From contig CANQKH010000001.1 of assembly GCA_947624415.1 (NCBI GenBank), positions 33,604-97,603 of the forward strand: DNA of 64,000 bases. The letters run 5' to 3'. Each line of letters opens with the position of its first letter. The first letter of the stretch is position 1. Origin of the DNA: an uncultured Clostridia bacterium (GTDB taxonomy: Bacteria; Bacillota; Clostridia; Christensenellales; UBA1242). The notes below the pieces were generated by a model. The model did no database searches and had not been told where the DNA came from. It saw only the letters and a program-made list of their open reading frames with translations. The translations under genes and the position numbers were made by a program. Shown here one piece after another: positions 44,731-54,422 of the stretch.

Positions 44731-45585
44731 TTAAAGGGTGTTTAAAATTCGGTCTTTATAGTCTTTTTTGTAACGCGAAATACTTTCAAGCAATTTTTCT
44801 TTTGTTATAAAGCCTTGCCTGTAAAGGTCAAGTTCTAAACAACCATATGGGCCATTGTTATCTTCAAATTCCTTTATCACTTGGGCACATTCAAGAAGGG
44901 AATCAAATGTTCCGGTATCAAGCCACTTGCATTCTTCTGGCAATTTTATATATTTTGCATTTCCTTCACTTATATAAGAGAGAAGAACGTCTGTCATTTC
45001 ATATTCACCGCGAGCCGATAATTGAATATTTTGCAATTTTTTTGAGGTCTCTTTTGAGAAAATATACAATCCTGTTCCAATTAAGTTTGTTTTTGGATGT
45101 TCTGGTTTTTCCTCCATGCCAATAACCTTGTCGCCGGCCACTTCTACAACTCCAAATCTTTCAGGGTCGTTGACGGGCAAAACAAACATACATGAACCAC
45201 TGTTTATTTCAATGCCCTTTCTTATAAGTTTTTCCATTCCGTTCATGACAAAGATGTTGTCGCCAAACAATAGAACGAAGTCTTCATTTTCAATAAAATC
45301 CATGGCACTTTTTACTGCATCTGCCGTTCCTTTTGGACTTTTTTGCACAAAAAATTGAAAATTTAGGCCTAAATCATTAAATTTTTCATCAAAAAGTGAT
45401 TTGTATAGTGATAAATCATTAGGACTGCAAATTAGAGCAATTTCCTTTATTCCGCTATTAATTAGCAAACTTACACCATAATAAATCATTGGCTTGTCAT
45501 AAATTGGGACAAGTGCCTTTCCGTAGACTTCTGTTATGGGTTTTAGACGGGTTGCACCGCCTGCTGTCAATATAACACCTTTCAT
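44731..45585 (-). CDS. rfbA: Glucose-1-phosphate thymidylyltransferase (RmlA/RfbA family)
   Basis: LTAGGATRLKPIT, PIYDKPMIYY, VNDPERFGVVE, EEKPEHPKTN, SARGEYEMTD and WLDTGT match RmlA blocks along the whole length. Confidence 0.85.
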   Translation of the reverse strand: MKGVILTAGGATRLKPITEVYGKALVPIYDKPMIYYGVSLLINSGIKEIALICSPNDLSLYKSLFDEKFNDLGLNFQFFVQKSPKGTADAVKSAMDFIENEDFVLLFGDNIFVMNGMEKLIRKGIEINSGSCMFVLPVNDPERFGVVEVAGDKVIGMEEKPEHPKTNLIGTGLYIFSKETSKKLQNIQLSARGEYEMTDVLLSYISEGNAKYIKLPEECKWLDTGTFDSLLECAQVIKEFEDNNGPYGCLELDLYRQGFITKEKLLESISRYKKDYKDRILNTL

Positions 45586-45823
45586 TTTTTCTCCTTTTTA
45601 TCGCTTAAGCGAATGCTATAAATATTATACTCACTTAAAAGATAAAATCAAAGTGTTTGTGCAACTTTTACTTTACTTTACGTCTTGCATGGGATTGATG
45701 TATAGGATAATATGTAAGATAATATGTAAGATTTGTTGATGGCAGTGCATTAATGGTTTGTAAACACATAAACTATTTATAAAATAAATTTATATTCATT
45801 TATGTGCAAATGTAAAAAGGGTG

Positions 45824-45853
45824 TTGACAAATGTATATATTATTTGATATAAT
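45824..45853 (+). promoter_or_regulatory. Sigma-A promoter of the ABC/giant-protein operon
   Basis: TTGACA (45824-45829), 18-nt spacer ending in TGa, TATAAT (45848-45853). Confidence 0.65.
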
Positions 45854-45876
45854 ATATAACGCCTATGGCTTAAAGG

Positions 45877-46602
45877 ATGAAAAATATGCTGACTATCAAA
45901 AATCTTAACAAAAAATATAAAAGCAATGAAAGGTATTCTGTCAAGGATTTAAGTTTAACTCTTAAAGACGGAGAGATTTTTGGCTTTCTTGGGAAAAATG
46001 GTGCAGGAAAAAGCACTACAATCAAATGTTTGACGGGAATAATTCCTTTTGATAGTGGAGAGATCACAATTTGCGGTCATGACCTTAAAAAAGACCCAAT
46101 TGGTGCAAAGTTGAATGTTGGTTATGTCCCTGACGACCATGCTGTTTATGACAACTTGACGGGAAGGGAATATGTTGTTTTTATGGGAAACATATATGGA
46201 GTAGACAAAGAAACAATAGAGAAAAGAATAAACACATTTTCACAATTATTTTCTATGACAAAATTTTTGGACAAGCAAATAAGGTCTTATTCACATGGTA
46301 TGAAGCAAAAGATTTGTATTATTGCAGCCCTTATTCATAATCCAAAATTTTGGGTGCTTGACGAACCACTTATGGGACTTGACCCTCAAAGTATTGCAGA
46401 AATTAAGGGATATATGATTGAGCATAGAAGACTTGGTAATACTGTTTTCTTTTCATCACATAATATTGATATGGTTGAAAAACTTTGTGATAGAGTGGGC
46501 ATAATGCATAATGGTCAACTGCTTGAAGTAATTGATGTCAAGGAGTTTTTAGCCACAGGTCAATCACTTGAAGAATATTTTTTAAATCTTACAAACAATT
46601 AA
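45877..46602 (+). CDS. ABC transporter ATP-binding protein
   Basis: Walker A GKNGAGKST, signature-like YSHGMKQKI, Walker B FWVLDEP. The second ATG at 45886 is better spaced from AAAGGA and may be the true start. Confidence 0.9.
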   Translation: MKNMLTIKNLNKKYKSNERYSVKDLSLTLKDGEIFGFLGKNGAGKSTTIKCLTGIIPFDSGEITICGHDLKKDPIGAKLNVGYVPDDHAVYDNLTGREYVVFMGNIYGVDKETIEKRINTFSQLFSMTKFLDKQIRSYSHGMKQKICIIAALIHNPKFWVLDEPLMGLDPQSIAEIKGYMIEHRRLGNTVFFSSHNIDMVEKLCDRVGIMHNGQLLEVIDVKEFLATGQSLEEYFLNLTNN

Positions 46603-46617
46603 CAAAAGAGGAAGGTT

Positions 46618-48222
46618 TTGGGAAAATTTAAAGCATTATTGAAATTTGAGTTTATGGCTAATTCGTCAAGATTTAAAGACGAAAAACTTTTTTCACGTAT
46701 AAAAAAGATTTTACTATTAATTATTGGTGTATTATTTTTGGAGTTTATATTTATTTATGCCGTAAACACAATAATGGATGTTTTTATAACTGAAAATATG
46801 CAGCATGAATTTATAACTATATTCTCAACATTTATGATGATTCTTCATTTGGTGCTTGGGATTACAATGGCGACAAAGATACTTTACATAAAGGTGGACT
46901 TATCTCTACTTAAACTGCCGGTTAGTGGCTTCAATGTTTTCTTTGCGAAATTTATATATATGCTTTCCAAACAACTTTTATATTCCCTTATGATTTCCCT
47001 TCCAATATTTATACTTTTTGGAGTAAAAACTTCACAAGGTTTACTTTTCTGGCTTTTGCTTTTGCCAAATGTAATATTCTTACCAATAATTCCATTCTTA
47101 ATAGCATTACTTTTGTCCGTTCCTGTTATGTGGGTAATTAAGATTTTCAAAAATAAGTTTATAATCTTGCTTGCCTTTTATATAGTTTTGCTAGTTGTTG
47201 GGTTTACACTTTATATTTACATTTTAAAATTCATTTTAAATATATTAGATAGTGGCAGTGTAGCAGATGTATTTGACAGTTCGACAGTAATGGCAATAAA
47301 GCAATTTTCAACATATTTATATTTACCGCTACTTTTTAAAAACAGCCTATTATTCTATAATTTTTGGAGAAGTGCGGTAATAAATCTGGCAATTGTGGTT
47401 TTGCTTGCGGTAATTATATACATATTTGCAGAAAAGAGTTATTTCAATTTTATAATTTCAAGCAAAAATCAAAGTATATTTAAGAAAAAAACAAAAATTG
47501 TTCATCAAAGTTCGGCAATGGCACTTATGACTAAGGAATTTAAAAATATATTCCGTTCAACAAATTATGCTTTTCAATATTTAACAGTTGTTATAACAAC
47601 ACCACTTATGGTTTACTTTTCAAGCACAATTGCTTCAAGCGTTGGGACGCCTGCTCTTGGAGAGGGAGTGCTGCCCGGCATAGTCGTTTTAATATTAATA
47701 ATGTTTTTAAGTATGGGAACATCATTTTCTGCCACATCGATTACAAGAGAGGGAAAGATATTCTATCTTACAAAAATTATGCCAGTGAGTTATACAAGAC
47801 AAATAGTTGTTAAATTTATAATTTATTTAATAATTTCCATACCTTCAATATTTGTTTCAACCTTCGTTTTGGCTCTTGCAGGAATACTTGAGGCCATACC
47901 TGCACTACTTATAGCAGTTTCACTTTCCTTCGTTATAGTTGGAAATATATGCAACTCAATTATAATGGACATAAAGCGTCCTCAGTTTCAATATCTTGAA
48001 AATGGGGAGGTGGCAAGCAATAATAAAAACACTTCGGCATCAATTGGAATTGGATTTGTAATTTCATTTATTATGGGAATTGGAGGGATTGTGCTTTCGT
48101 TCTTTGTTTCAATACCTTCAATGTATATGGTTCTCTTTGGATTTGGAGTTCCATTTGCTGCAATAGAAATGTTTAGACTATTCCATCACTTGGAAAAGAA
48201 TTATGAAATGATAGAGGTATAA
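46618..48222 (+). CDS. Large multi-pass membrane protein, putative permease partner of the preceding ABC ATPase
   Basis: TTG start after GAGGAAGG. 534 aa with more than 10 hydrophobic segments. 15-nt gap from the ATPase gene. Confidence 0.7.
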   Translation: MGKFKALLKFEFMANSSRFKDEKLFSRIKKILLLIIGVLFLEFIFIYAVNTIMDVFITENMQHEFITIFSTFMMILHLVLGITMATKILYIKVDLSLLKLPVSGFNVFFAKFIYMLSKQLLYSLMISLPIFILFGVKTSQGLLFWLLLLPNVIFLPIIPFLIALLLSVPVMWVIKIFKNKFIILLAFYIVLLVVGFTLYIYILKFILNILDSGSVADVFDSSTVMAIKQFSTYLYLPLLFKNSLLFYNFWRSAVINLAIVVLLAVIIYIFAEKSYFNFIISSKNQSIFKKKTKIVHQSSAMALMTKEFKNIFRSTNYAFQYLTVVITTPLMVYFSSTIASSVGTPALGEGVLPGIVVLILIMFLSMGTSFSATSITREGKIFYLTKIMPVSYTRQIVVKFIIYLIISIPSIFVSTFVLALAGILEAIPALLIAVSLSFVIVGNICNSIIMDIKRPQFQYLENGEVASNNKNTSASIGIGFVISFIMGIGGIVLSFFVSIPSMYMVLFGFGVPFAAIEMFRLFHHLEKNYEMIEV

Positions 48223-48225
48223 AAA

Positions 48226-51200
48226 ATGAAGAAATTAATGTTCTTTTTAATGGTCGCCATACCAGTTTTAGTAATTTTAATTGTAAAACTTACAGCAAGC
48301 GTTGCTGTAGGAGACCTTTTTATATCTGTTCAACGAATAGAGGTTAGCACACCATCAGTTGAATGTATGGTTGGAGAGAGTGTTGACCTTTCTTACACTA
48401 TATTCCCTCAAAATGCAACAAACAAAGAAGTAATTTGGAGCAGCAGTAATGAACTTGCTGCAACTGTGGATATGAATGGCCACGTTGATTTTATTGGAAT
48501 AGGCTCTGGATATATATCTGCAATAACAGTTGATGGCAATATGAGAAGCCAATGTTCATTCTATGTATGGGATACAAAGGTTCACGAGGTTAAACTTATA
48601 GCCCCTCAAAAATTTGTTCACCTCAATGATACATTACAACTAACAGCCCAAGTCATGCCAAATGAAGCATACAATAAAGATGTAATTTTCACTTCAAGCA
48701 ATGAAGAAATTGCAGAAGTTGATGGCAATGGTGTTGTAACTGGCTTACAAGTGGGATATGTAACTATTAAAGCAACATCAGTGGATGGATATTTTAGTGA
48801 TGAAGTGGATTTGGCGATAAGAAAACCAGTTTCTGCCCTTGTTGTAGAGGAAAAAGAGGTTGTAACTTCATCTCAAAGCATTCAAATTGAATATCTAGTA
48901 GAGCCAGATGATGCCTCAGACAAAAATGTAACATTCAAAGTTGACAATCCAGAGGTTGCTGAGGTTAATCACTTAGGTGTTTTGCAATTTAAAAAACAGG
49001 GAGAGGTTAATGTTTCAATAACAACAGAAGATGGAGGATTTAAACAAGTTGTTAAATATATTTACACTGCTGGTTATGCACACGATTTGATTTTAGGCTC
49101 TCCAACCATAACAATGCTCGTTGATTCTGCGCCTGTTCCTATTAGTTATCAAACAATCCCTGATTATCTTTTCCAAACAAAGGTGGAATTTGTATCAGAT
49201 GATGAAAATATAGCCGATGTTGATGCAAACGGATATATCCACGCAGTAAAGGGTGGCAACACGGTTATAAGAGTAAGGGTCAAAAAGGGAGAGGAAGAAG
49301 GAAATATAATTGAAAAGCAAATTTATGTAAATATTGAAAGCCCTGCAAAGGGTATATATATTGAAAATGGGGTAACGGCTGAAAAGGTTTACACACTAAG
49401 TCCAAAGTCGTTGCCAGAAGACTCAACAAACACTGCTTACTTCTATCACATTTTAGAGGGCGAAAATGCAACAGTTACAGAGCAAGGAGTTGTAATATTT
49501 AATTCTTCTCAGCCATGCACCGCAAAGATAAAAATATATGCTAATGAAGATGAAAGTGATGTATCTACAATTGTAGATGTTACCTATACGGCCGGAAAAG
49601 CAAGTTCATTCCAATTAATTGATAAAAAATTAACATTAAATTATGGACAGTTAGTTACATTAAATTATTCTTATCTTCCAAAGAATGCAACAATTCGACC
49701 TATGACATTGTCAATCAAGCAAAACACATCACAAAATGAAGGTGGAGCAATCGAACTTTTCGATGATGGAAGAATCCATGCTATAGGTGGTGGAAATGCT
49801 GTTGTAGATGTAAAATTTGTATTGTATGATGGCAGAATACAAGAAGAAGAGTGCGAAATTACAGTTTTGCGTGAACCTTCTGTTATTGAAATAAACTTAG
49901 ATCTAACATATTATAAAGGTCAATATATAACTTCTCACAATGAAGTGCTAATATCGGGAAATGCTATGCCACTTGATGCAACAAGCAGAGATATTCAGTG
50001 GTCAGTAAATGATAAAAATATTGCCTTCATACGTGATAATAAGTTACTGTTTAATAAAGTTGGAGTTGTTTCATTAATTGCAACAATTGGAGAGTTATCA
50101 AATTCCGTTGATGTATATTATGTTGGAACAAATCCTGTCTATGCCGAAGTTAGGGCGGTTAAGGATGGCGAGAAAATTGAAATACCACAAGTTATAATGG
50201 CTGGCGAAAGTTTTGAAGTTGAAATTTCAAGCATATTGCCTCAATTCGATGTCAACCCACCATTATCTCTCCAAGCAACAAATCAAAAAACAATACATCA
50301 ATCTGGGAAAGCAATACAAATTGATGGGAATAAAGTTACCGGGTTTGCTGGCGGAACAGCAACTTTGGTTATATACATTTCAAACTCGATACGATTAAAT
50401 TATTCAATTACTGTAATAAGAAAACCAGACAGTGTTTCAGTTTTAAATGTAAACACACAAACGACAGCACAAACGGTTAACTTAATAAGTGAAGTGTTGC
50501 CTTATGATACAACAAATCAAAATGTTAGGTATGAAATTCAAGAAAGTGATATAGCATCAATTGAAGGCTCAATATTAACATTTAAGAAAAATGGAGTTGT
50601 CCATATAACAGCAATATGCGAAGACAATGAGAAAGCACGATATCCATTCTATATTGAAAAAATAGAAAAGAATATGGTTCACGTATTGCCAGAGCAGACT
50701 GAAATAACAGTTAATAAAGGGGATTTGCTTGCTTTTGATATTGATGATATTAAAGATATACAAGTTGAAAAAAGCACCCCAATTGTAGAAAATGAGATTG
50801 TTGCCGAAAAGGAAGACAAATATTTGCGTGCTCGTTCTGCTGGAAAGGCAACAGTTGCGGTTATAACAGAACAAAAAACATATAGATTTGAAATAACAAT
50901 TCGCCAACTCGTGGAAGAGATAAAATTTACAACCGATTTGGATTTAATAGATGACGAGTATGTTACTGGGCAAGATGTAGTAGACTTAAATTTTGAAGTG
51001 AAACCAAGTCATGCAGTAGATAAATCAATTTCAATAAGTATTATTCAATCAATTTCAGCAGAAGGATATCAAGAAAACATTGCATACATAAGTGCTGGCA
51101 AAATTTACTTTACAAAGGCCGGCGAGGTTACAATTCAAATAAATTCACGCGATGAAAATTGCACATCAATTTTAAAGATGAAATATACTGGAGGAGATGC

Positions 51201-54200
51201 AATTGATGCAGTGCTCAATATTGAAGAAACATTATTAATGAACATTGATGATGTTGTTACAATTGGCGTTTCAAAATGGATTCCTCATGACTTAGAGAAT
51301 GATAGAATTTCATTCTATGAGGTAAATTCTTCCAGCAAGAAGATTATAGAAATAAATTCTATAGCAAGAACAATCAAGGCAGTTGACAGCGGTGAAACAA
51401 AACTTATTGTAGAATTATCGAATGGAATAATAAAAGAAATTAATATAATTTGTGTAAACAAAGTAAAAGACATACAAGTTGAGGAAAAGGTGTTAATTTC
51501 TGGCGACACTTACACAATAAATGCCGTTGTAGTTCCAAAAGATGCAACAAATAAGACTTTGCAATATATTTTACAAAGCACAAATATTGCTTCAATACAA
51601 GACAATGTTATTACATTTACAAAAGCAGGAACAGTTACAATAAAAGTTTGCTCAACAGATGGGACAGAGATAGAGAAGGTTGTAACAATAACCTCAACTA
51701 TGGGAAAACTTGCAAGAATTGAAATTGAGAAAAATGAAATCAATTTAACAAAAGGCGAAACATACAGAATTATTGCCGACAAATATCCTTTGGATGCCAC
51801 CGATAACAAAGTTGAACAAAAGATTATTTCTCAAAATGCTTTTGATGGTCAATCTCAGGTTATAGAACTTGGGGCTGACGGACAAATCACAGCACTTTGC
51901 AGTGGAAGTGCGGTTGTTAGAATTTATGCTTACGATTATGAGGGAAAAGAGATTTTTGCCGATTGCACAATAACAGTTTACAGTCCACTTTCAATGTTTG
52001 AATTAACATTTGACGCACCTCTTGATACTTATCAAAATCAAAACACATTTGTAACAAGCAGAAATGAAGTAAATTTTGATTTTGTTGTTCAACCTTATGA
52101 TGCAAACATTGTATCATTTAGATGTGAGGTTGCTAGTGATATTGCACGTGTCGAAGATAAAAAGATTATATTCACAAAAACGGGAAGAGTTGCAATAACA
52201 TTTATTTGCAGTGATTCGCAAACAGAGAAGTCAAAGACATACAGTTTCTATTACGTTGGCGATTCACTTATAGATGCAATACTTGACGAAAGCAATATGA
52301 AAAATGATGTAATAACATTAAAGGCTGGCGAAAACTTCAAATTTACACTTGAAAAGGCAATTCCAAGCGACAATAAAAATCTTCAATTTACAATTAAAGA
52401 TGATAAAGAAAGCAGAAATGATATTTCAAAACAAGTTGCAAATTTCAGCGATGGAGTATTGTATGCCTTGAATGGTGGAAATTATTCCTTTACACTATAT
52501 GTAAATAATATAAAACTTGGACAATACAATTTGGTTGTTACAAGAGATGCAACAGAAATAGTAATTGACGGTGATGAGAAGGCTTATGTTTCAGACCCAT
52601 TCTACACAATTGTCGCTCACGTTCTTGAAAGCGATTCTCATCAAAACACCCTTGGATTTATTTCTTTAAATACAGATATTGCAAATGTCGCACCAGACGG
52701 CAATGTAACATTCTTACAATTTGGTGAATGCCAAATCAAAATTTACGTTCAAGAAAATCCAGATATATTCAAGATAATAACAGTAAAATATACAAAAGAA
52801 TTACAAGCAATAAAATTCAATAAAACAAGAGACAGTCTATATGTAGGCGGTTCAGTTGACCTTACTGTTTCACCAATGCCTTACAATGCGACAGACTTCA
52901 AATATACAATGTCGATTGACAATGAAAGCGTTGCGACACTTGTTGAAAGGGGGGACGGATATAGGCTTATTGGTATAGCAGGCGGAAGTGTTACGGTAAC
53001 TGCAAAAGCGGTTGGCAGAGATGACATTTCTGTAAGCAGAACATTTACATTCTATGACAAAATAACAAATGTAAAACTTGCCCTTGACCCTTCAGGAGAT
53101 CTTGACGGACATGGCGAATATAGAGTATTTGGAAACACCTTTATAGTCGATGCCGACAACTTAACAAATACTTATCTTATGGAAGTTTCATTAATGCCTG
53201 CAAATGTATCAAGGAGTTTGCTTGAATGGTCAACAAGCGACGAGTCAGTTGCGACAGTTGATGCAAATGGACTTGTTACATTTATTTCAACAGGAAAAGT
53301 TACAATCACAGTTAGTCAAATTGTTCCATTTGAGGGGGCATCTGTTGAAAAAGATAGTTATACATTTACAATTGTTGATGGGATTAATGTTTCAAATTAT
53401 GAACAATTAAAAATTGCGAATGGCAAATTGACAGAAATAAATAATGAGAAAAAAGAAAATTACACAGCACTTGTTCTTCACGACAATATTCAATTAGGGG
53501 AAGAATTCCCATTTATGGTGTTTAATTATAATGTTTATGGCAATGGCTTTATGCTTGACCACTCAAAAGTTCCAAGTGAATGGTATCACTATGTTGTAAA
53601 CAAAGATAATATAGAGGTTGATAACGTTATTCTTCGTGGCACTGAATTTGTTTCTGGTGCAGAACTTAAAAAGGTTGGAAATGTTTTAACTGTTGAAAAT
53701 TGCAAAAATGTTTTAATTTATAACACAATATTGGAAAACTCTCAACACGCAATGCGTGTTCAAAATGCGACAGCAAAAATTGATGGCTGCATTCTTAGAA
53801 ACTGCCTAATGGTTGGCATAAACGTTGCAAGAAGCGAAGCGGGAGCAAGCGACATTGTAGTAAAAGATTGTATATTCACTTCAACATTCTGTGGCATAAT
53901 GTATGTTGTTGATGAACATGAAAATATACCTGACAGCACAGTTACACTAGAAGGCGAGGTTCGATTCTACAACTGGTCAACACTTGAACAACTTGAACAA
54001 GGGCTAGACCTTGATTCATTGCTGGGCAAGTATGGCGTAAGTTCAAAAATGATAAGTGCACTTGTAGGTCAAGTTAAAGATGTTGCTGCCGAGAAGGGCA
54101 AAGATTATGAATATGTCTATGAAGGCAAAACATATTATGACTTTGGAATATTTAGGTTAAAGGCAACAGTTCTATCACATAAATTCAATGGAGCAGGCAC

Positions 54201-54414
54201 TTACGACAAGTCAAGACTAAACCCAAATTGCAATTACTCATCACTTACATTCCAAGGCGCGGTAAACTTAGCGATTGCAAATATTCCATATGAATGCTCA
54301 TTCCTATCAATTATAGCAGGAGATAAAGTTCGAGATCCATTTATAAAGCCAGGCGACACATATGTTGGCAACACGGCACTACTTGCAAAGATTAAGCAAC
54401 CTTGCAGATTTTAG
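48226..54414 (+). CDS. Giant surface protein (2062 aa): N-terminal TM anchor, about 17 Big_2 Ig-like domains, C-terminal parallel beta-helix (PbH1) domain
   Basis: Recurrent Big_2 signature P.(N/D)A(T/S)(N/D)K.(V/L).(W/F)(S/T)S.. (PQNATNKEVIWSSSN, PKDATNKTLQYILQ...). C-terminal NVILRGTEF...VENCKNVLIYNTILENS...IDGCILRNC...VKDCIFTS repeats. Starts 3 nt after the permease stop. Confidence 0.85.
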   Translation: MKKLMFFLMVAIPVLVILIVKLTASVAVGDLFISVQRIEVSTPSVECMVGESVDLSYTIFPQNATNKEVIWSSSNELAATVDMNGHVDFIGIGSGYISAITVDGNMRSQCSFYVWDTKVHEVKLIAPQKFVHLNDTLQLTAQVMPNEAYNKDVIFTSSNEEIAEVDGNGVVTGLQVGYVTIKATSVDGYFSDEVDLAIRKPVSALVVEEKEVVTSSQSIQIEYLVEPDDASDKNVTFKVDNPEVAEVNHLGVLQFKKQGEVNVSITTEDGGFKQVVKYIYTAGYAHDLILGSPTITMLVDSAPVPISYQTIPDYLFQTKVEFVSDDENIADVDANGYIHAVKGGNTVIRVRVKKGEEEGNIIEKQIYVNIESPAKGIYIENGVTAEKVYTLSPKSLPEDSTNTAYFYHILEGENATVTEQGVVIFNSSQPCTAKIKIYANEDESDVSTIVDVTYTAGKASSFQLIDKKLTLNYGQLVTLNYSYLPKNATIRPMTLSIKQNTSQNEGGAIELFDDGRIHAIGGGNAVVDVKFVLYDGRIQEEECEITVLREPSVIEINLDLTYYKGQYITSHNEVLISGNAMPLDATSRDIQWSVNDKNIAFIRDNKLLFNKVGVVSLIATIGELSNSVDVYYVGTNPVYAEVRAVKDGEKIEIPQVIMAGESFEVEISSILPQFDVNPPLSLQATNQKTIHQSGKAIQIDGNKVTGFAGGTATLVIYISNSIRLNYSITVIRKPDSVSVLNVNTQTTAQTVNLISEVLPYDTTNQNVRYEIQESDIASIEGSILTFKKNGVVHITAICEDNEKARYPFYIEKIEKNMVHVLPEQTEITVNKGDLLAFDIDDIKDIQVEKSTPIVENEIVAEKEDKYLRARSAGKATVAVITEQKTYRFEITIRQLVEEIKFTTDLDLIDDEYVTGQDVVDLNFEVKPSHAVDKSISISIIQSISAEGYQENIAYISAGKIYFTKAGEVTIQINSRDENCTSILKMKYTGGDAIDAVLNIEETLLMNIDDVVTIGVSKWIPHDLENDRISFYEVNSSSKKIIEINSIARTIKAVDSGETKLIVELSNGIIKEINIICVNKVKDIQVEEKVLISGDTYTINAVVVPKDATNKTLQYILQSTNIASIQDNVITFTKAGTVTIKVCSTDGTEIEKVVTITSTMGKLARIEIEKNEINLTKGETYRIIADKYPLDATDNKVEQKIISQNAFDGQSQVIELGADGQITALCSGSAVVRIYAYDYEGKEIFADCTITVYSPLSMFELTFDAPLDTYQNQNTFVTSRNEVNFDFVVQPYDANIVSFRCEVASDIARVEDKKIIFTKTGRVAITFICSDSQTEKSKTYSFYYVGDSLIDAILDESNMKNDVITLKAGENFKFTLEKAIPSDNKNLQFTIKDDKESRNDISKQVANFSDGVLYALNGGNYSFTLYVNNIKLGQYNLVVTRDATEIVIDGDEKAYVSDPFYTIVAHVLESDSHQNTLGFISLNTDIANVAPDGNVTFLQFGECQIKIYVQENPDIFKIITVKYTKELQAIKFNKTRDSLYVGGSVDLTVSPMPYNATDFKYTMSIDNESVATLVERGDGYRLIGIAGGSVTVTAKAVGRDDISVSRTFTFYDKITNVKLALDPSGDLDGHGEYRVFGNTFIVDADNLTNTYLMEVSLMPANVSRSLLEWSTSDESVATVDANGLVTFISTGKVTITVSQIVPFEGASVEKDSYTFTIVDGINVSNYEQLKIANGKLTEINNEKKENYTALVLHDNIQLGEEFPFMVFNYNVYGNGFMLDHSKVPSEWYHYVVNKDNIEVDNVILRGTEFVSGAELKKVGNVLTVENCKNVLIYNTILENSQHAMRVQNATAKIDGCILRNCLMVGINVARSEAGASDIVVKDCIFTSTFCGIMYVVDEHENIPDSTVTLEGEVRFYNWSTLEQLEQGLDLDSLLGKYGVSSKMISALVGQVKDVAAEKGKDYEYVYEGKTYYDFGIFRLKATVLSHKFNGAGTYDKSRLNPNCNYSSLTFQGAVNLAIANIPYECSFLSIIAGDKVRDPFIKPGDTYVGNTALLAKIKQPCRF

Positions 54415-54422
54415 GAGGAAAA

